NCBI GenBank assembly: GCA_944386325.1
Contig: CALXAP010000010.1
Location: 11,473-43,472, forward strand
From: an uncultured Clostridia bacterium
GTDB lineage: Bacteria; Bacillota; Clostridia; TANB77; CAG-508
Direction of reading: 5' to 3'
Length of the DNA: 32,000 bases
The notes under the pieces were generated by a model. It ran no database searches. It saw nothing but the letters and a program-made list of their open reading frames with translations, and was not told the origin of the DNA. Made by a program: the position numbers and the translations under genes. This document shows, piece after piece, positions 16,417-25,559 of this stretch (position 1 is the stretch's first letter; each line of letters opens with the position of its first letter).

Positions 16417-16563
16417 TACAATTCACGCTATATGATTTTGATATAATAATATTGAATTCTATAAACCATAATACAAAAAAACCTGAAGGGGCGAACAGTG
16501 TTCGCCCGCGCTACAAAGCTATTTTACCAAAAATTAAATATATAATTTTTGTTGTGAATTGTA
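16417..16563 (+). repeat. Intergenic repeat element, copy A (147 bp) with 10-bp terminal inverted repeats, an internal extended -10 and a GC-rich hairpin
   Basis: The TIRs are TACAATTCAC (16417-16426) and GTGAATTGTA (16554-16563). TGaTATAAT lies at 16439-16447. The hairpin GGGCGAAC-AGT-GTTCGCCC lies at 16489-16507. It is homologous to 20998-21126. Confidence 0.75.
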
Positions 16564-16668
16564 ATGAACTATAATCATACATTTTAAATTTTTCCCAATA
16601 TTCCTTTATTTTTATTAATAAATATAATATAATAATAGAAATTTAACTTCAGAAGGGATTTGATAAAT

Positions 16669-19089
16669 ATGGGATATGACTTTAGTAAAGTTGAAAAAAA
16701 ATGGCAAAAAAAATGGTACTCAGAAGGTACTTTTAATGCAAAAAACGATTATACAAAGAAAAAATGGTATGGATTAATAGAATTTCCTTATCCTTCTGGT
16801 CAAGGACTTCATGTTGGTCATCCAAGAAGCTATACAGCTTTAGATATTATGGCTAGAAAAAAAAGAATGGAAGGATATAATGTTTTATTTCCAATTGGAT
16901 TTGATGCATTTGGATTACCTGCAGAAAATTATGCAATAAAAAATCATATACATCCAAAAATAACAACAGAAAAAAATGTTAATCATTTTAGAGAACAATT
17001 ACAATCATTAGGTTTTTCTTTTGATTGGTCAAGAGAAATAAATACAACAGATCCAGAATATTATAAATGGACTCAATGGATTTTTATTCAATTATATAAA
17101 CATGGTTTAGCTTATAAAGCAACAATGCCAATAAACTTCTGCACTGGCTGTAAAGTTGGACTTGCTAACGAAGAAGTTGTAAATGGCGTATGCGAAAGAT
17201 GTGGTAGCCCAGTTGTACAAAAAGAAAAAAGTCAATGGATGCTAAAAATAACAAAATATGCTCAAAGATTAATAGATGATCTAGATGATGTTGATTTTCT
17301 AGATAAAATTAAAGCACAACAAATAAATTGGATAGGTCGTAGTGAAGGTGCAGAAGTTACATTTAAAATTGCAGATACTGATGAAAGTTTAATTGTATAT
17401 ACAACAAGGCCAGATACATTATTTGGTGCTACATATATGGTAGTTGCTCCAGAACATCATATAATAGAAAAATTGTCTAATAAAATTACTAATATGGAGG
17501 AAATTACTGAATACAGACATAAAGCATCATTAAAATCTGATTTTGAAAGAGCTGAACTAAACAAAGAAAAAACAGGTTGTGAAATAAAAGGAATAAAAGC
17601 AATAAATCCGCTAACAGGAAAAGAAATTCCTATTTGGATTTCAGATTATGTATTAATAACATATGGCACAGGTGCTATAATGGCTGTTCCTGCTCATGAT
17701 GATCGTGATCATGAATTTGCAACAAAATTTAATTTACCAATTAAACAAGTTATAAAACCAAATGATAATATTGAAATTGATATACAAAAAGAACCATTTA
17801 CAGATGTAGAAACAGGTATATTAATAAATTCAGATTTTTTAAATGACTTATCTGTTGAAGATGCAAAAATAAAAGTAATAAAATATTTAGAAGATAATAA
17901 AATTGGTGAGAAAAAAGTTAATTATAAACTACGTGACTGGGTATTTTCTAGACAACGTTATTGGGGTGAACCAATACCTATGGTATATTGTGAAGAATGT
18001 GGTTGGGTTCCATTACCAGAAGAAGAACTTCCTTTAAAATTACCAGAAGTAAAGAATTTTGAACCTGGTGAAAATGGAGAATCACCTCTTGCTAAATTAA
18101 CCGACTGGGTAAATACAACATGCCCACACTGTGGCAAAAAAGCTAAAAGAGAAACAGATACAATGCCTCAATGGGCTGGTTCATCTTGGTATTATTTAAG
18201 ATACATGGATCCACATAATGATAAAGAACTTGCATCTAAAGAAGCTTTGGAATATTGGTCTCCTGTCGACTTATATAATGGTGGTATGGAACATACTACT
18301 CTTCACTTATTATATTCTAGATTTTGGCATAAATTTTTATATGATATTGGAATTGTACCAACTAAAGAACCTTATCAAAAACGTACATCACATGGAATGA
18401 TATTAGGTACAAATGGAGAAAAAATGTCAAAATCAAAGGGTAACGTAATAAATCCAGATGATATAGTAAGAGATTTTGGTGCAGATGCATTTAGAGTTTA
18501 TGAAATGTTTATGGGACCTTTCGACCAAGTAGCTGCTTGGTCTATGGAAAGTATAAGGGGCTGTTTAAAATTCTTAGATAGAGTTTGGAATTTGCAAAAC
18601 TTCCTAGTTGATGGAGATGAATATTCGCCAAAATTCGAACAAATGATGCATAAATCTATAAAGAAAATAACATTTGATATAGACAATATGAAATTTAATA
18701 CAGCTGTTTCAACATATATGACAATGATTAATGAATTCTATAAAGAGAAATCAATAAACAAAGCTGAATTTAAAACTTTTTTACAACTTTTAAATCCAGT
18801 TGCACCACATATAACTGAAGAATTATGGCAAACTGTGTTAAATGGAAAAGAAATGTTAGCATACATGAGTTGGCCACAATATGACGAAGAAAAAACAATT
18901 TCAGATGAAATTGTACTTCCTATTCAATTTAATGGGAAATTAAAAGCAACTATAACAATTAATTTAGATGAAGATGAAAATAGTGTCAAAGAAAAAGTTC
19001 ATAATGCTATTGATTCTAAATTAGATGGTAAGAAAATTGTTAAAGAAATATATGTTAAAAATAAAATTTACAATATTGTTGTTAAATAG
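16669..19089 (+). CDS. leuS: Leucine--tRNA ligase
   Basis: The protein has [17 protein letters not shown] (HIGH region), KMSKSKGN (KMSKS), and a CP1 editing domain. I prefer ATG 16669, with GAAGGGA upstream, over the track's TTG at 16660. Confidence 0.95.
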   Translation: MGYDFSKVEKKWQKKWYSEGTFNAKNDYTKKKWYGLIEFPYPSGQGLHVGHPRSYTALDIMARKKRMEGYNVLFPIGFDAFGLPAENYAIKNHIHPKITTEKNVNHFREQLQSLGFSFDWSREINTTDPEYYKWTQWIFIQLYKHGLAYKATMPINFCTGCKVGLANEEVVNGVCERCGSPVVQKEKSQWMLKITKYAQRLIDDLDDVDFLDKIKAQQINWIGRSEGAEVTFKIADTDESLIVYTTRPDTLFGATYMVVAPEHHIIEKLSNKITNMEEITEYRHKASLKSDFERAELNKEKTGCEIKGIKAINPLTGKEIPIWISDYVLITYGTGAIMAVPAHDDRDHEFATKFNLPIKQVIKPNDNIEIDIQKEPFTDVETGILINSDFLNDLSVEDAKIKVIKYLEDNKIGEKKVNYKLRDWVFSRQRYWGEPIPMVYCEECGWVPLPEEELPLKLPEVKNFEPGENGESPLAKLTDWVNTTCPHCGKKAKRETDTMPQWAGSSWYYLRYMDPHNDKELASKEALEYWSPVDLYNGGMEHTTLHLLYSRFWHKFLYDIGIVPTKEPYQKRTSHGMILGTNGEKMSKSKGNVINPDDIVRDFGADAFRVYEMFMGPFDQVAAWSMESIRGCLKFLDRVWNLQNFLVDGDEYSPKFEQMMHKSIKKITFDIDNMKFNTAVSTYMTMINEFYKEKSINKAEFKTFLQLLNPVAPHITEELWQTVLNGKEMLAYMSWPQYDEEKTISDEIVLPIQFNGKLKATITINLDEDENSVKEKVHNAIDSKLDGKKIVKEIYVKNKIYNIVVK

Positions 19090-19156
19090 ATTGTTATAAA
19101 TTAAAATATTTTGAGTCATATAGGCAAGCAAAATGTCATTAATTTAATAATATCAA

Positions 19157-19199
19157 TGTAGGAGCGAACATTGTTCTTCGCCCCCCTACATTATTTTTT
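19157..19199 (+). terminator. leuS rho-independent terminator, built from a degenerate copy (copy C) of the repeat-element core
   Basis: TGTAGG-A-GCGAA-cattgttc-TTCGC-CCC-CCTACA is followed by TTATTTTTT. The core GTAGGAGCGAACATTGTTC(TTC)GCCCCCCTACAT aligns with GTAGGGGCGAACAGTGTTCGCCCGCCCAACAT of copy B. Confidence 0.7.
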
Positions 19200-19231
19200 A
19201 GTAAAAAATATATAAGAATGGAGAAAAATAA

Positions 19232-20884
19232 ATGGCTTTTGATGGTATAGTCACAAAAAGTATAGTAAAAGAATTAAATAAACATATTATTGGTTGTAAG
19301 GTCAATAAAATATTTGAACCTACGCCTAATGATATCATATTAGACTTATATGGCAATGGAAGTAAATATAATCTGCTTATATGTACAAATAAAAACTTTT
19401 CTAGAATTAATTTAACTAAATATAATAAGCCAAATCCAGTAAATGCTCCGAATTTTTGCATGCTACTAAGGAAACATCTTAATTCAAGTAAAATTTTAAA
19501 TATAAATAGTTTTGATTTAGAACGTATTATTGAAATAACATTTGAAACATATAATGAAGTAAATGATAAAGTTATTAAAAAACTTATTATTGAAATAATG
19601 GGACAATTTAGTAATGTTATACTTGTAAATGAAAATGGAACAATTCACGATTCTTTAAAGCATGTTGTAACAAAAACAAGAGAAATATTACCTATTAGAC
19701 CTTATGAATTTCCTAAAAATACAAAGCAAAGCTTTTTAGAATTTAATTCTTTTGAAGAATTTATAAAAATATTTAATAATTCATCTGAAAAAAATTTGGA
19801 TAAATTCTTTTCAAGTAATTTTATTGGTATAAGCATGCCATTTATACAAAATATTTGTAATTACTTAAACATAGATATTAATACTACTAAAAAAAATGAA
19901 CTAGAAAAAATATATCTACATATTAAAAATATAATTCAAAATATAGATAATTTACATATCAATTGTTTTGAAGGTTTAAAAAATGATTATTATATAAACA
20001 TATCTGATAATAGCGGTACAGATATTAATAATTTTATTGATGACTATTATTATAATTTAGAACAAAATGATTTATTTATAAATTACAGAAACTCTCTTTT
20101 GAAAAACATATTATCAATTTTAGCCAAGTATAATAAAAGATTAGAAAATATAGAAAAGAAAATAAAAGATTGTGAAAATATGGAGCAGTATAAATTATAT
20201 GGAGAACTTCTAACAGCAAATTTATATAAAATAAAAAAAGACACCCCAAAAGAAATTACAGTTACAAACTATTATAATAACCAAGAAATTACAATACCTC
20301 TTGATAGTTCTATATCACCTAGTAAAAATGTAGAAAGATATTATAAGAAATATAATAAATGTAAAAATGCTCTTTTAGTTGTACAAATTCAAAAAAAGGA
20401 AACTTTAGATGATTTAGAATATATTGATGGATTAATAGAATATATAAAAAACTGTAACGATTTTGATAAAATTAAAAAAATTGGTGAAGAATTTTATGGA
20501 GATTCAAACAATTCTAATGAAGGAAAACATGATAAAAAAAATAGCAAAAGCTCACCTAAAAAATATATAATAAATGGGTTTACAGTATATGTAGGAAAAA
20601 ATAATAAGCAAAATGATTTACTTACAAAAAGTGCAAATAAAGAGGATATGTGGTTTCATACACAAAAAATTCATGGAAGTCATGTAATATTAAAAACAGA
20701 AGGAAAACAAGTAGATTTCGATACAATATTAAAATGTGCTAAACTTGCAGCCCAAAACAGCAAAGCGAAAAATTCTTCAAATGTTCCTGTTGATTATACA
20801 TTTGTAAAATATGTAAGAAAACCTTCTGGCTCTAAGCCAGGTCTTGCAGTATATACAAATTATAAAACTGTTTTTGTAAACTGA
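19232..20884 (+). CDS. rqcH: RqcH / FbpA-family NFACT protein (ribosome quality control, Rqc2 homolog)
   Basis: The N-terminus MAFDGIVTKSIVKELN matches RqcH/YloA-type starts. The C-terminal DUF814-like region reads DMWFHTQKIHGSHVILK. GGAGA lies 7 nt upstream of the ATG. Confidence 0.8.
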   Translation: MAFDGIVTKSIVKELNKHIIGCKVNKIFEPTPNDIILDLYGNGSKYNLLICTNKNFSRINLTKYNKPNPVNAPNFCMLLRKHLNSSKILNINSFDLERIIEITFETYNEVNDKVIKKLIIEIMGQFSNVILVNENGTIHDSLKHVVTKTREILPIRPYEFPKNTKQSFLEFNSFEEFIKIFNNSSEKNLDKFFSSNFIGISMPFIQNICNYLNIDINTTKKNELEKIYLHIKNIIQNIDNLHINCFEGLKNDYYINISDNSGTDINNFIDDYYYNLEQNDLFINYRNSLLKNILSILAKYNKRLENIEKKIKDCENMEQYKLYGELLTANLYKIKKDTPKEITVTNYYNNQEITIPLDSSISPSKNVERYYKKYNKCKNALLVVQIQKKETLDDLEYIDGLIEYIKNCNDFDKIKKIGEEFYGDSNNSNEGKHDKKNSKSSPKKYIINGFTVYVGKNNKQNDLLTKSANKEDMWFHTQKIHGSHVILKTEGKQVDFDTILKCAKLAAQNSKAKNSSNVPVDYTFVKYVRKPSGSKPGLAVYTNYKTVFVN

Positions 20885-20907
20885 TTTCTTACATTATAAT
20901 ATGACAT

Positions 20908-20947
20908 AAAAATAGTGGGAAAGTATTGTTCTCCCACTATTTTTATT
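20908..20947 (+). terminator. rqcH rho-independent terminator (bidirectional)
   Basis: AAAAATAGTGGGA and TCCCACTATTTTT form a stem with a GC core of 9 bp, extendable to 13 bp, and an 11 nt loop. A T-run follows. Confidence 0.6.
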
Positions 20948-20997
20948 GTACTATATAATTATTTAAATTATTATAAGACACGTTAATATTTAAAACT

Positions 20998-21126
20998 TAT
21001 ACAATTTTGATATAATAATATAGAAAAAATCTAATAGAATAGTCGTAGGGGCGAACAGTGTTCGCCCGCCCAACATAGCTATTTCTCAATAAATTAAATA
21101 TATAAATTTTAGCAGTGAATTGTATA
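20998..21126 (+). repeat. Intergenic repeat element, copy B (129 bp), ending 2 nt from the cpsB stop codon
   Basis: The ends are TATACAATT (20998-21006) and AATTGTATA (21118-21126). TGaTATAAT lies at 21008-21016. The hairpin at 21049-21067 sits in a 20-nt core (21048-21067) that is 20/20 identical to copy A (16488-16507). About 31 of the next 38 nt are identical at a constant offset (hand count). 17/17 are identical around the -10. Confidence 0.75.
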
Positions 21127-21128
21127 CA

Positions 21129-21869
21129 TCAAATCCTACTTGGAAAATTTATTTTTATCTCTTGATTATTAACAATTTTCATTGGATTTATTGTAGTTAA
21201 TTTCTCAATTTCTTTTTTTGGCAATATCTTATTTAAATGCTCCAATATTTTATCCATATTTACATAAATTGTTTGTGCTCTATGGCAGTCTGTACCAAGA
21301 CAATGTATCATATCATTTTGTAATAATTTTATTACTGTTTTTTTAGTAGCATTTCCATAATATCCAATAATACTAGCAAAATTCGCTTGGAACAAAACCC
21401 CCTTTTCTATATAGCTAATTAAAACATTTGGATTATCTTGTACATATTTATATCTTTCTGGATGAGCTATAATAGGAACAATATTATTAGATAATAAATT
21501 ATGTATTATATCGTCTGCAGATAACATTCGATTTTGCATAGGTAATTCCATTAATAGATATTTGCTATTATTTACTTTTGGAATAATTCCATCTTTAATT
21601 TTTCCTGTTATATCTGCATCTATATAAACTTCTGCACCATTATATAATTTTATATCTATATTTTCTTTTGATAGATTAGAACTTATCGCATTGATAATCT
21701 CTCTTCTTTCCTCTTTATTAAAATCATATGTATTTGCTATATAATGAGAGGTTGAAACTATAGCAGTAAAACCAGCCTTGCTCGCCTCTTTTATCATTTG
21801 AAATGTCTCTTCTACACTTCTTGAACCATCATCAATCTGAGGCAAAAAATGCGAATGCATATCTATCAT
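21129..21869 (-). CDS. cpsB: PHP-family protein-tyrosine phosphatase CpsB/YwqE
   Basis: The protein has MIDMHSHFLPQIDDGS, SHY, AHPERY and GTDCH metal-binding motifs. I prefer ATG 21869 because the track's GTG at 21878 lies inside the AGGGGTG RBS. Confidence 0.85.
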   Translation of the reverse strand: MIDMHSHFLPQIDDGSRSVEETFQMIKEASKAGFTAIVSTSHYIANTYDFNKEERREIINAISSNLSKENIDIKLYNGAEVYIDADITGKIKDGIIPKVNNSKYLLMELPMQNRMLSADDIIHNLLSNNIVPIIAHPERYKYVQDNPNVLISYIEKGVLFQANFASIIGYYGNATKKTVIKLLQNDMIHCLGTDCHRAQTIYVNMDKILEHLNKILPKKEIEKLTTINPMKIVNNQEIKINFPSRI

Positions 21870-21882
21870 TATTATCACACCC

Positions 21883-22809
21883 CTAATTATTATTGTTATT
21901 GTTATAATTATTAATTTGTCTTAATATCTCTTCTGTTTTTGCAGAAATAGCATTACTATTGCTATTTTGATTTGTATTATTTTCATTATAATTATCTACA
22001 TTTGTATTTTCCAAAATTTCTTTTGTCTCCTCTCTTTGTTTTTTCATTTTTTCTTCTCTTACAATCTTTTCAATCTCTTCCATTCTTTTAGCTTTTTTAA
22101 CTTCGTTTGATTTCAAAGATGTTTTACTATAATAATATGCCTCATTGTATTTCTTAACAGAAACAGGAATTTTATTAACTACAACTCCACCAATTTTTCC
22201 TCCAACATTTTCTATATCTTTTTTAACTTTTTCTAAATCTTCTTTTTTCGTTTGATTATATTCACTGACAATAATAGTTGTATCTACAATTCTTGAAATA
22301 ATAGCAGAATCAGTTACCAACAAGCTTGGAGGTGTATCAAATATTATAATATCAAAAATATTTTTTAAATAATCTAAACCATCTAGCATTTTGTCTGAAA
22401 CTAATAATTCAGCTGGGTTAGGAGGAATATTTCCTGCTGATATAACATATAAATTTTCAACTGTTGTTTCCTGTACATAGCCTGTTATATTTTTATCTGT
22501 AATTTCCCCACTTTCATCTATTCCAGATAAATAATTTGAAAGTCCTGGAATTTGACTTACTGAAAATATAGAGTACATTCTCCCTTTTCTCATATCTGCA
22601 TCTACAATTAATGTTCTTTTTCCCATTTGTGCAAAAGTAATTGCTAAATTTGAAGAAATAAAACTCTTACCTTCACCTGGTAAAGTACTTGTTACAACTA
22701 AAGTTTGTAATTTTCTATTATTCATAAATTGTATATTAGTTCTCAAAGTTCTAAAAATTTCACTAGTAGGAGATTTTGGATCTCTATATGCAATCAATTC
22801 TTTTCTCAC
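21883..22809 (-). CDS. cpsD: BY-kinase (CpsD/YwqD-type tyrosine autokinase) with an atypical ~80-aa C-terminal extension
   Basis: The motifs are Walker A (TLPGEGKSF), Walker A' (LIVDADMRKG), Walker B (IIIFDTPP), and Tyr cluster YNEAYYYS (residues 221-227). A K/E-rich tail follows and then an N-rich tail ending NNYNNNNNN. The GTG start overlaps the cpsC TAG (TAGTG), and GAGGTGGA RBS is present. Confidence 0.85.
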   Translation of the reverse strand: MRKELIAYRDPKSPTSEIFRTLRTNIQFMNNRKLQTLVVTSTLPGEGKSFISSNLAITFAQMGKRTLIVDADMRKGRMYSIFSVSQIPGLSNYLSGIDESGEITDKNITGYVQETTVENLYVISAGNIPPNPAELLVSDKMLDGLDYLKNIFDIIIFDTPPSLLVTDSAIISRIVDTTIIVSEYNQTKKEDLEKVKKDIENVGGKIGGVVVNKIPVSVKKYNEAYYYSKTSLKSNEVKKAKRMEEIEKIVREEKMKKQREETKEILENTNVDNYNENNTNQNSNSNAISAKTEEILRQINNYNNNNNN

Positions 22810-23525
22810 TATTTTCCACCTCTTACCCTTTCATCAAAATCATATACAGGTAATTGTGCCAAAACTGTTAATCCCATTTTTTCTATATCTGTATCTGATT
22901 TTATTGTATTATCTAACATATTTCTAATTAATATGTATGCACACGCTACAACAATACCAATAAATGCAAAAATAATGATATCTTTTGCATGGTTTATATT
23001 ATATGGTTCATTTTCAATTTCTGCAACATCAACTATATAAACATTGTTGATTTTATATATTTCTGTAACCTTTTTTGAAAACACATTTGCTATTTCATTT
23101 GCTATTTTTGCTGCATAATCTGGATTTTTATTTGTAACAGTTATTTTAATAACTTCTGTATCTTCTACTGCATTTACAGTTACAGAATTTTTTAATTCTT
23201 CTTCTTCTAAACCTTCTATACCTAAATTATTAATAACTTCCCTTATAACAGATTTGCTTTGTACTAAAACACTATATGTAGAAACTAATTTTTGATTTAA
23301 TGTTAAATCTGTTTGTGTAATAGATTCTGGACTTGTTGCATTTTCTGAATTTTGCTCCGTATTTGTTTTAGCCAATAATAATGTTGTAGAAGCTTCATAT
23401 TCTGGTTCAACAAAAACAAATGAATAAACAGCACCAAGTATAATAAAAATAATAGTAATAATTATTATCCATATTTTTTTGTTCCAGAAAATACTAAACA
23501 ATTCTTTTAAATCTAATTCTTCCAT
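22809..23525 (-). CDS. cpsC: Wzz/CpsC-type chain-length determinant (BY-kinase transmembrane activator, PCP2b)
   Basis: This is a 238-aa ORF. LDLKELFSIFWNKKIWIIIITIIFIILGAVYSF gives TM1, followed by an extracellular domain and a C-terminal TM. It sits immediately upstream of cpsD. Confidence 0.8.
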   Translation of the reverse strand: MEELDLKELFSIFWNKKIWIIIITIIFIILGAVYSFVFVEPEYEASTTLLLAKTNTEQNSENATSPESITQTDLTLNQKLVSTYSVLVQSKSVIREVINNLGIEGLEEEELKNSVTVNAVEDTEVIKITVTNKNPDYAAKIANEIANVFSKKVTEIYKINNVYIVDVAEIENEPYNINHAKDIIIFAFIGIVVACAYILIRNMLDNTIKSDTDIEKMGLTVLAQLPVYDFDERVRGGK

Positions 23526-23536
23526 TTTTTCTCCCC

Positions 23537-24373
23537 TTATTCTATTGTTTTGCTATTTACTTTTATAATATTTGTAAGTATTATTAATACTAAACTGGCT
23601 ACTATTGCTGTAATAGACATCATATTTATATTATTTAATATATTATTAATTACATTTTTAATAACTTCTGAAAAAGAATCATTTATAATTAATATATTTG
23701 ATATATTTATTTTTGATTTTATATATATTTCAATTATTAAACCTATAGCTCCTGAAGCTAATATACTTATTGCTAAAAATCTAATTCCACTAGATATTTG
23801 TTTTATATTTATTAATAATAGAATAATAGCAATTACAATTGGTACAAATATAATTATTCCATCTATATTGTTTAAAACAACCTTTACTTTATTTACAATC
23901 TTTCCTATTTGCTCAAAATAAGGATCATGTGAAATATTTTGTACATATTCTTCGGCAATCTTATCTGTAAACTCCTCTATAGATTTTCTATTTTCTCTTG
24001 TTAACAATCCTGTTGATACAGATTCTTCAATATTATTATTTAATTTTTCTTTTATTTCTTCTGTATTAATTTCATTATTTTTATTTTCATATATATTATC
24101 TATAATTAAATTGATATCATCTTTTACTTGTTCTCTAGTATATATATTCTCTAATACTTCTTCATCTAATCCTGATGGTCCAATATATCCTGCTAGGCTA
24201 TCTTTTATTTGTTCATATACATTATTATAATAATTTGCTTCTTCTAGCTTTCCCAATATGTAATCTTTATTTAAAATAGTTGAAGAAACTATTTGTACTG
24301 CAACTGTTAAAAGAATAGATGCCATTAAAAGAAAAGCTAAAATTATTGATACTATATTTTTGAATATTTTCAT
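23537..24373 (-). CDS. Hypothetical polytopic membrane protein (N-terminal TM, ~140-aa helical ectodomain, C-terminal TM bundle)
   Basis: This is a 278-aa ORF lying between the sortase gene and cpsC, with gaps of 11-16 nt. I recognise no family. Confidence 0.5.
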   Translation of the reverse strand: MKIFKNIVSIILAFLLMASILLTVAVQIVSSTILNKDYILGKLEEANYYNNVYEQIKDSLAGYIGPSGLDEEVLENIYTREQVKDDINLIIDNIYENKNNEINTEEIKEKLNNNIEESVSTGLLTRENRKSIEEFTDKIAEEYVQNISHDPYFEQIGKIVNKVKVVLNNIDGIIIFVPIVIAIILLLINIKQISSGIRFLAISILASGAIGLIIEIYIKSKINISNILIINDSFSEVIKNVINNILNNINMMSITAIVASLVLIILTNIIKVNSKTIE

Positions 24374-24389
24374 CTTTTATTTCTCCCTT

Positions 24390-25004
24390 CTATTCTTCTA
24401 CAAGTTCTGCATATACTACATATCTTTGAGTTGCATAACCAATATTATTGAATGGATAACATGTGTATACCATTAATATTTCCTTATCTCTTTGTATTGG
24501 AAGCTTATCTTTTTCAGTTTCATTTACAAGTTGCATATCATAAATTCTATATTTAAAAGTACCATATGTTGTTTCTACAATTATCTCATCGCCTTTTTGC
24601 AATTCTGAAAACCTTCTAAACACATTTTTTGAATTGTGTCCCATATATATAATAGAACCACCTTCACCAGGGAAATAACTTCCACTATCATGTCCTACAC
24701 CTTTTTTTAATACTTCAAGACTACTTCCAAAGTAAACATCTTGTTTTACATTTATTTTTGGTATTTCAATAGTTGCATATTTTGTACCATATTCAGGATA
24801 ATTTTTCAATGAAGAATTTTCTAAAACAGTATCTACTTGTACATCTTTTTTTGTATCTATAGCAACAGTGTTCATTAGCATAATTGCCGTATCAATACTT
24901 TGCCCAAAGGCAATTTTTACTAAAGCAAGTGTTACTATTACGAACAAAAAAGCAACTATCAAATCTATAATAGTTGCTTTAACAATTTCTATAATCTTAG
25001 GCAT
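24390..25004 (-). CDS. Sortase-family transpeptidase (class unresolved, D/E-like)
   Basis: It has an N-terminal TM, catalytic His (IIYMGHNSKNVF), the Cys motif (LMVYTCYPF), and Arg (ATQRYVVYA). It overlaps the upstream substrate gene by 8 nt. Confidence 0.8.
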   Translation of the reverse strand: MPKIIEIVKATIIDLIVAFLFVIVTLALVKIAFGQSIDTAIMLMNTVAIDTKKDVQVDTVLENSSLKNYPEYGTKYATIEIPKINVKQDVYFGSSLEVLKKGVGHDSGSYFPGEGGSIIYMGHNSKNVFRRFSELQKGDEIIVETTYGTFKYRIYDMQLVNETEKDKLPIQRDKEILMVYTCYPFNNIGYATQRYVVYAELVEE

Positions 25005-25524
25005 TAGCTACTCTTCTTCTAGCAAATACTAAACCTATAGCAAGGGCAAATATTGCTACTAAAGAAACTACTGCAACTGTGCTTATATTATTTCCTGTAT
25101 ATGCTAATTTGCCATAATTATTACTGATACTTTCAATTAATTTTCCATCTTTATATATTTCTACTGTACCAGCTTTAAATACTAAATTAACTCCTACAAT
25201 ACTAGCTGCTTCTTTTGCAATTCCTTGTAATTCATTTTTTTGTTCCCTAGTTAATTCACTTACACTTGTTGCTCCTGCATTTTCCATAACAGCAACTGCT
25301 TCCTCAGCTTTTGCTATTAATGTATCTGCTTCAGCTTCTGTAACTGGATTATCAGCTAAGAATCTTTCTAATCTAACTTTATCTGAACTTGTTAGACCAT
25401 ATGGTTGTCCCATTGAATAAATTTTGTCTACTAATTCATCAGTAGTTGCAGCGTTTACGCTTGTCCCTAAAAACATTGTTAACATTATTGCTAACATAAC
25501 TATACTTGATACTATCTTTTTCAT
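24997..25524 (-). CDS. Small Ala-rich helical cell-wall-anchored protein with an LAYTG sorting signal
   Basis: The signal peptide is MKKIVSSIVMLAIMLTMFLGTSVNA. The C-terminal sorting signal is LAYTG (25093-25107), then the hydrophobic stretch NNISTVAVVSLVAIFALAIGLVFA, then RRR. I prefer ATG 25524 because the track's upstream ATG lies inside the GGAGGA RBS. Confidence 0.7.
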   Translation of the reverse strand: MKKIVSSIVMLAIMLTMFLGTSVNAATTDELVDKIYSMGQPYGLTSSDKVRLERFLADNPVTEAEADTLIAKAEEAVAVMENAGATSVSELTREQKNELQGIAKEAASIVGVNLVFKAGTVEIYKDGKLIESISNNYGKLAYTGNNISTVAVVSLVAIFALAIGLVFARRRVANA

Positions 25525-25559
25525 CTTTATAACATCCTCCATAAATTAAATTTACATGA

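Noticed and set aside
16489-16507. The GC hairpin core CGAACAGTGTTCG resembles a Firmicute LexA (Cheo) box, which would be attractive given ruvB in the window.
   Set aside because: The Cheo box is CGAAC-N4-GTTCG. Here the half-sites are separated by only 3 nt in all three copies, and none of the copies lies upstream of an SOS-type gene.
16322-16668. I looked for a T-box riboswitch upstream of leuS.
   Set aside because: I searched for the conserved T-box sequence and for a specifier/antiterminator arrangement and found none by eye. Only a covariance-model scan could exclude a divergent one.
16660-16668. The track places the leuS start at TTG 16660 (MINMGYDF...).
   Set aside because: ATG 16669 is better spaced from the GAAGGGA RBS and gives a typical LeuS N-terminus. 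The same reasoning applies to the upstream alternative starts of cpsB (21878), the pyruvyl transferase (29362) and the sortase substrate (25542), which fall within or beside their own RBS.
16417-21126. I considered whether the leuS-rqcH block was inverted by recombination between copies A and B of the repeat.
   Set aside because: The copies are in direct orientation, not inverted. Recombination between them would delete or excise the block rather than invert it, so the repeats do not themselves explain the opposite gene orientation.
21886-21912. I considered the poly-Asn-encoding tract at the end of cpsD as a phase-variable simple sequence repeat.
   Set aside because: The DNA is an imperfect mix of AAT and AAC codons rather than a perfect homopolymer or microsatellite, so slipped-strand switching is unlikely.
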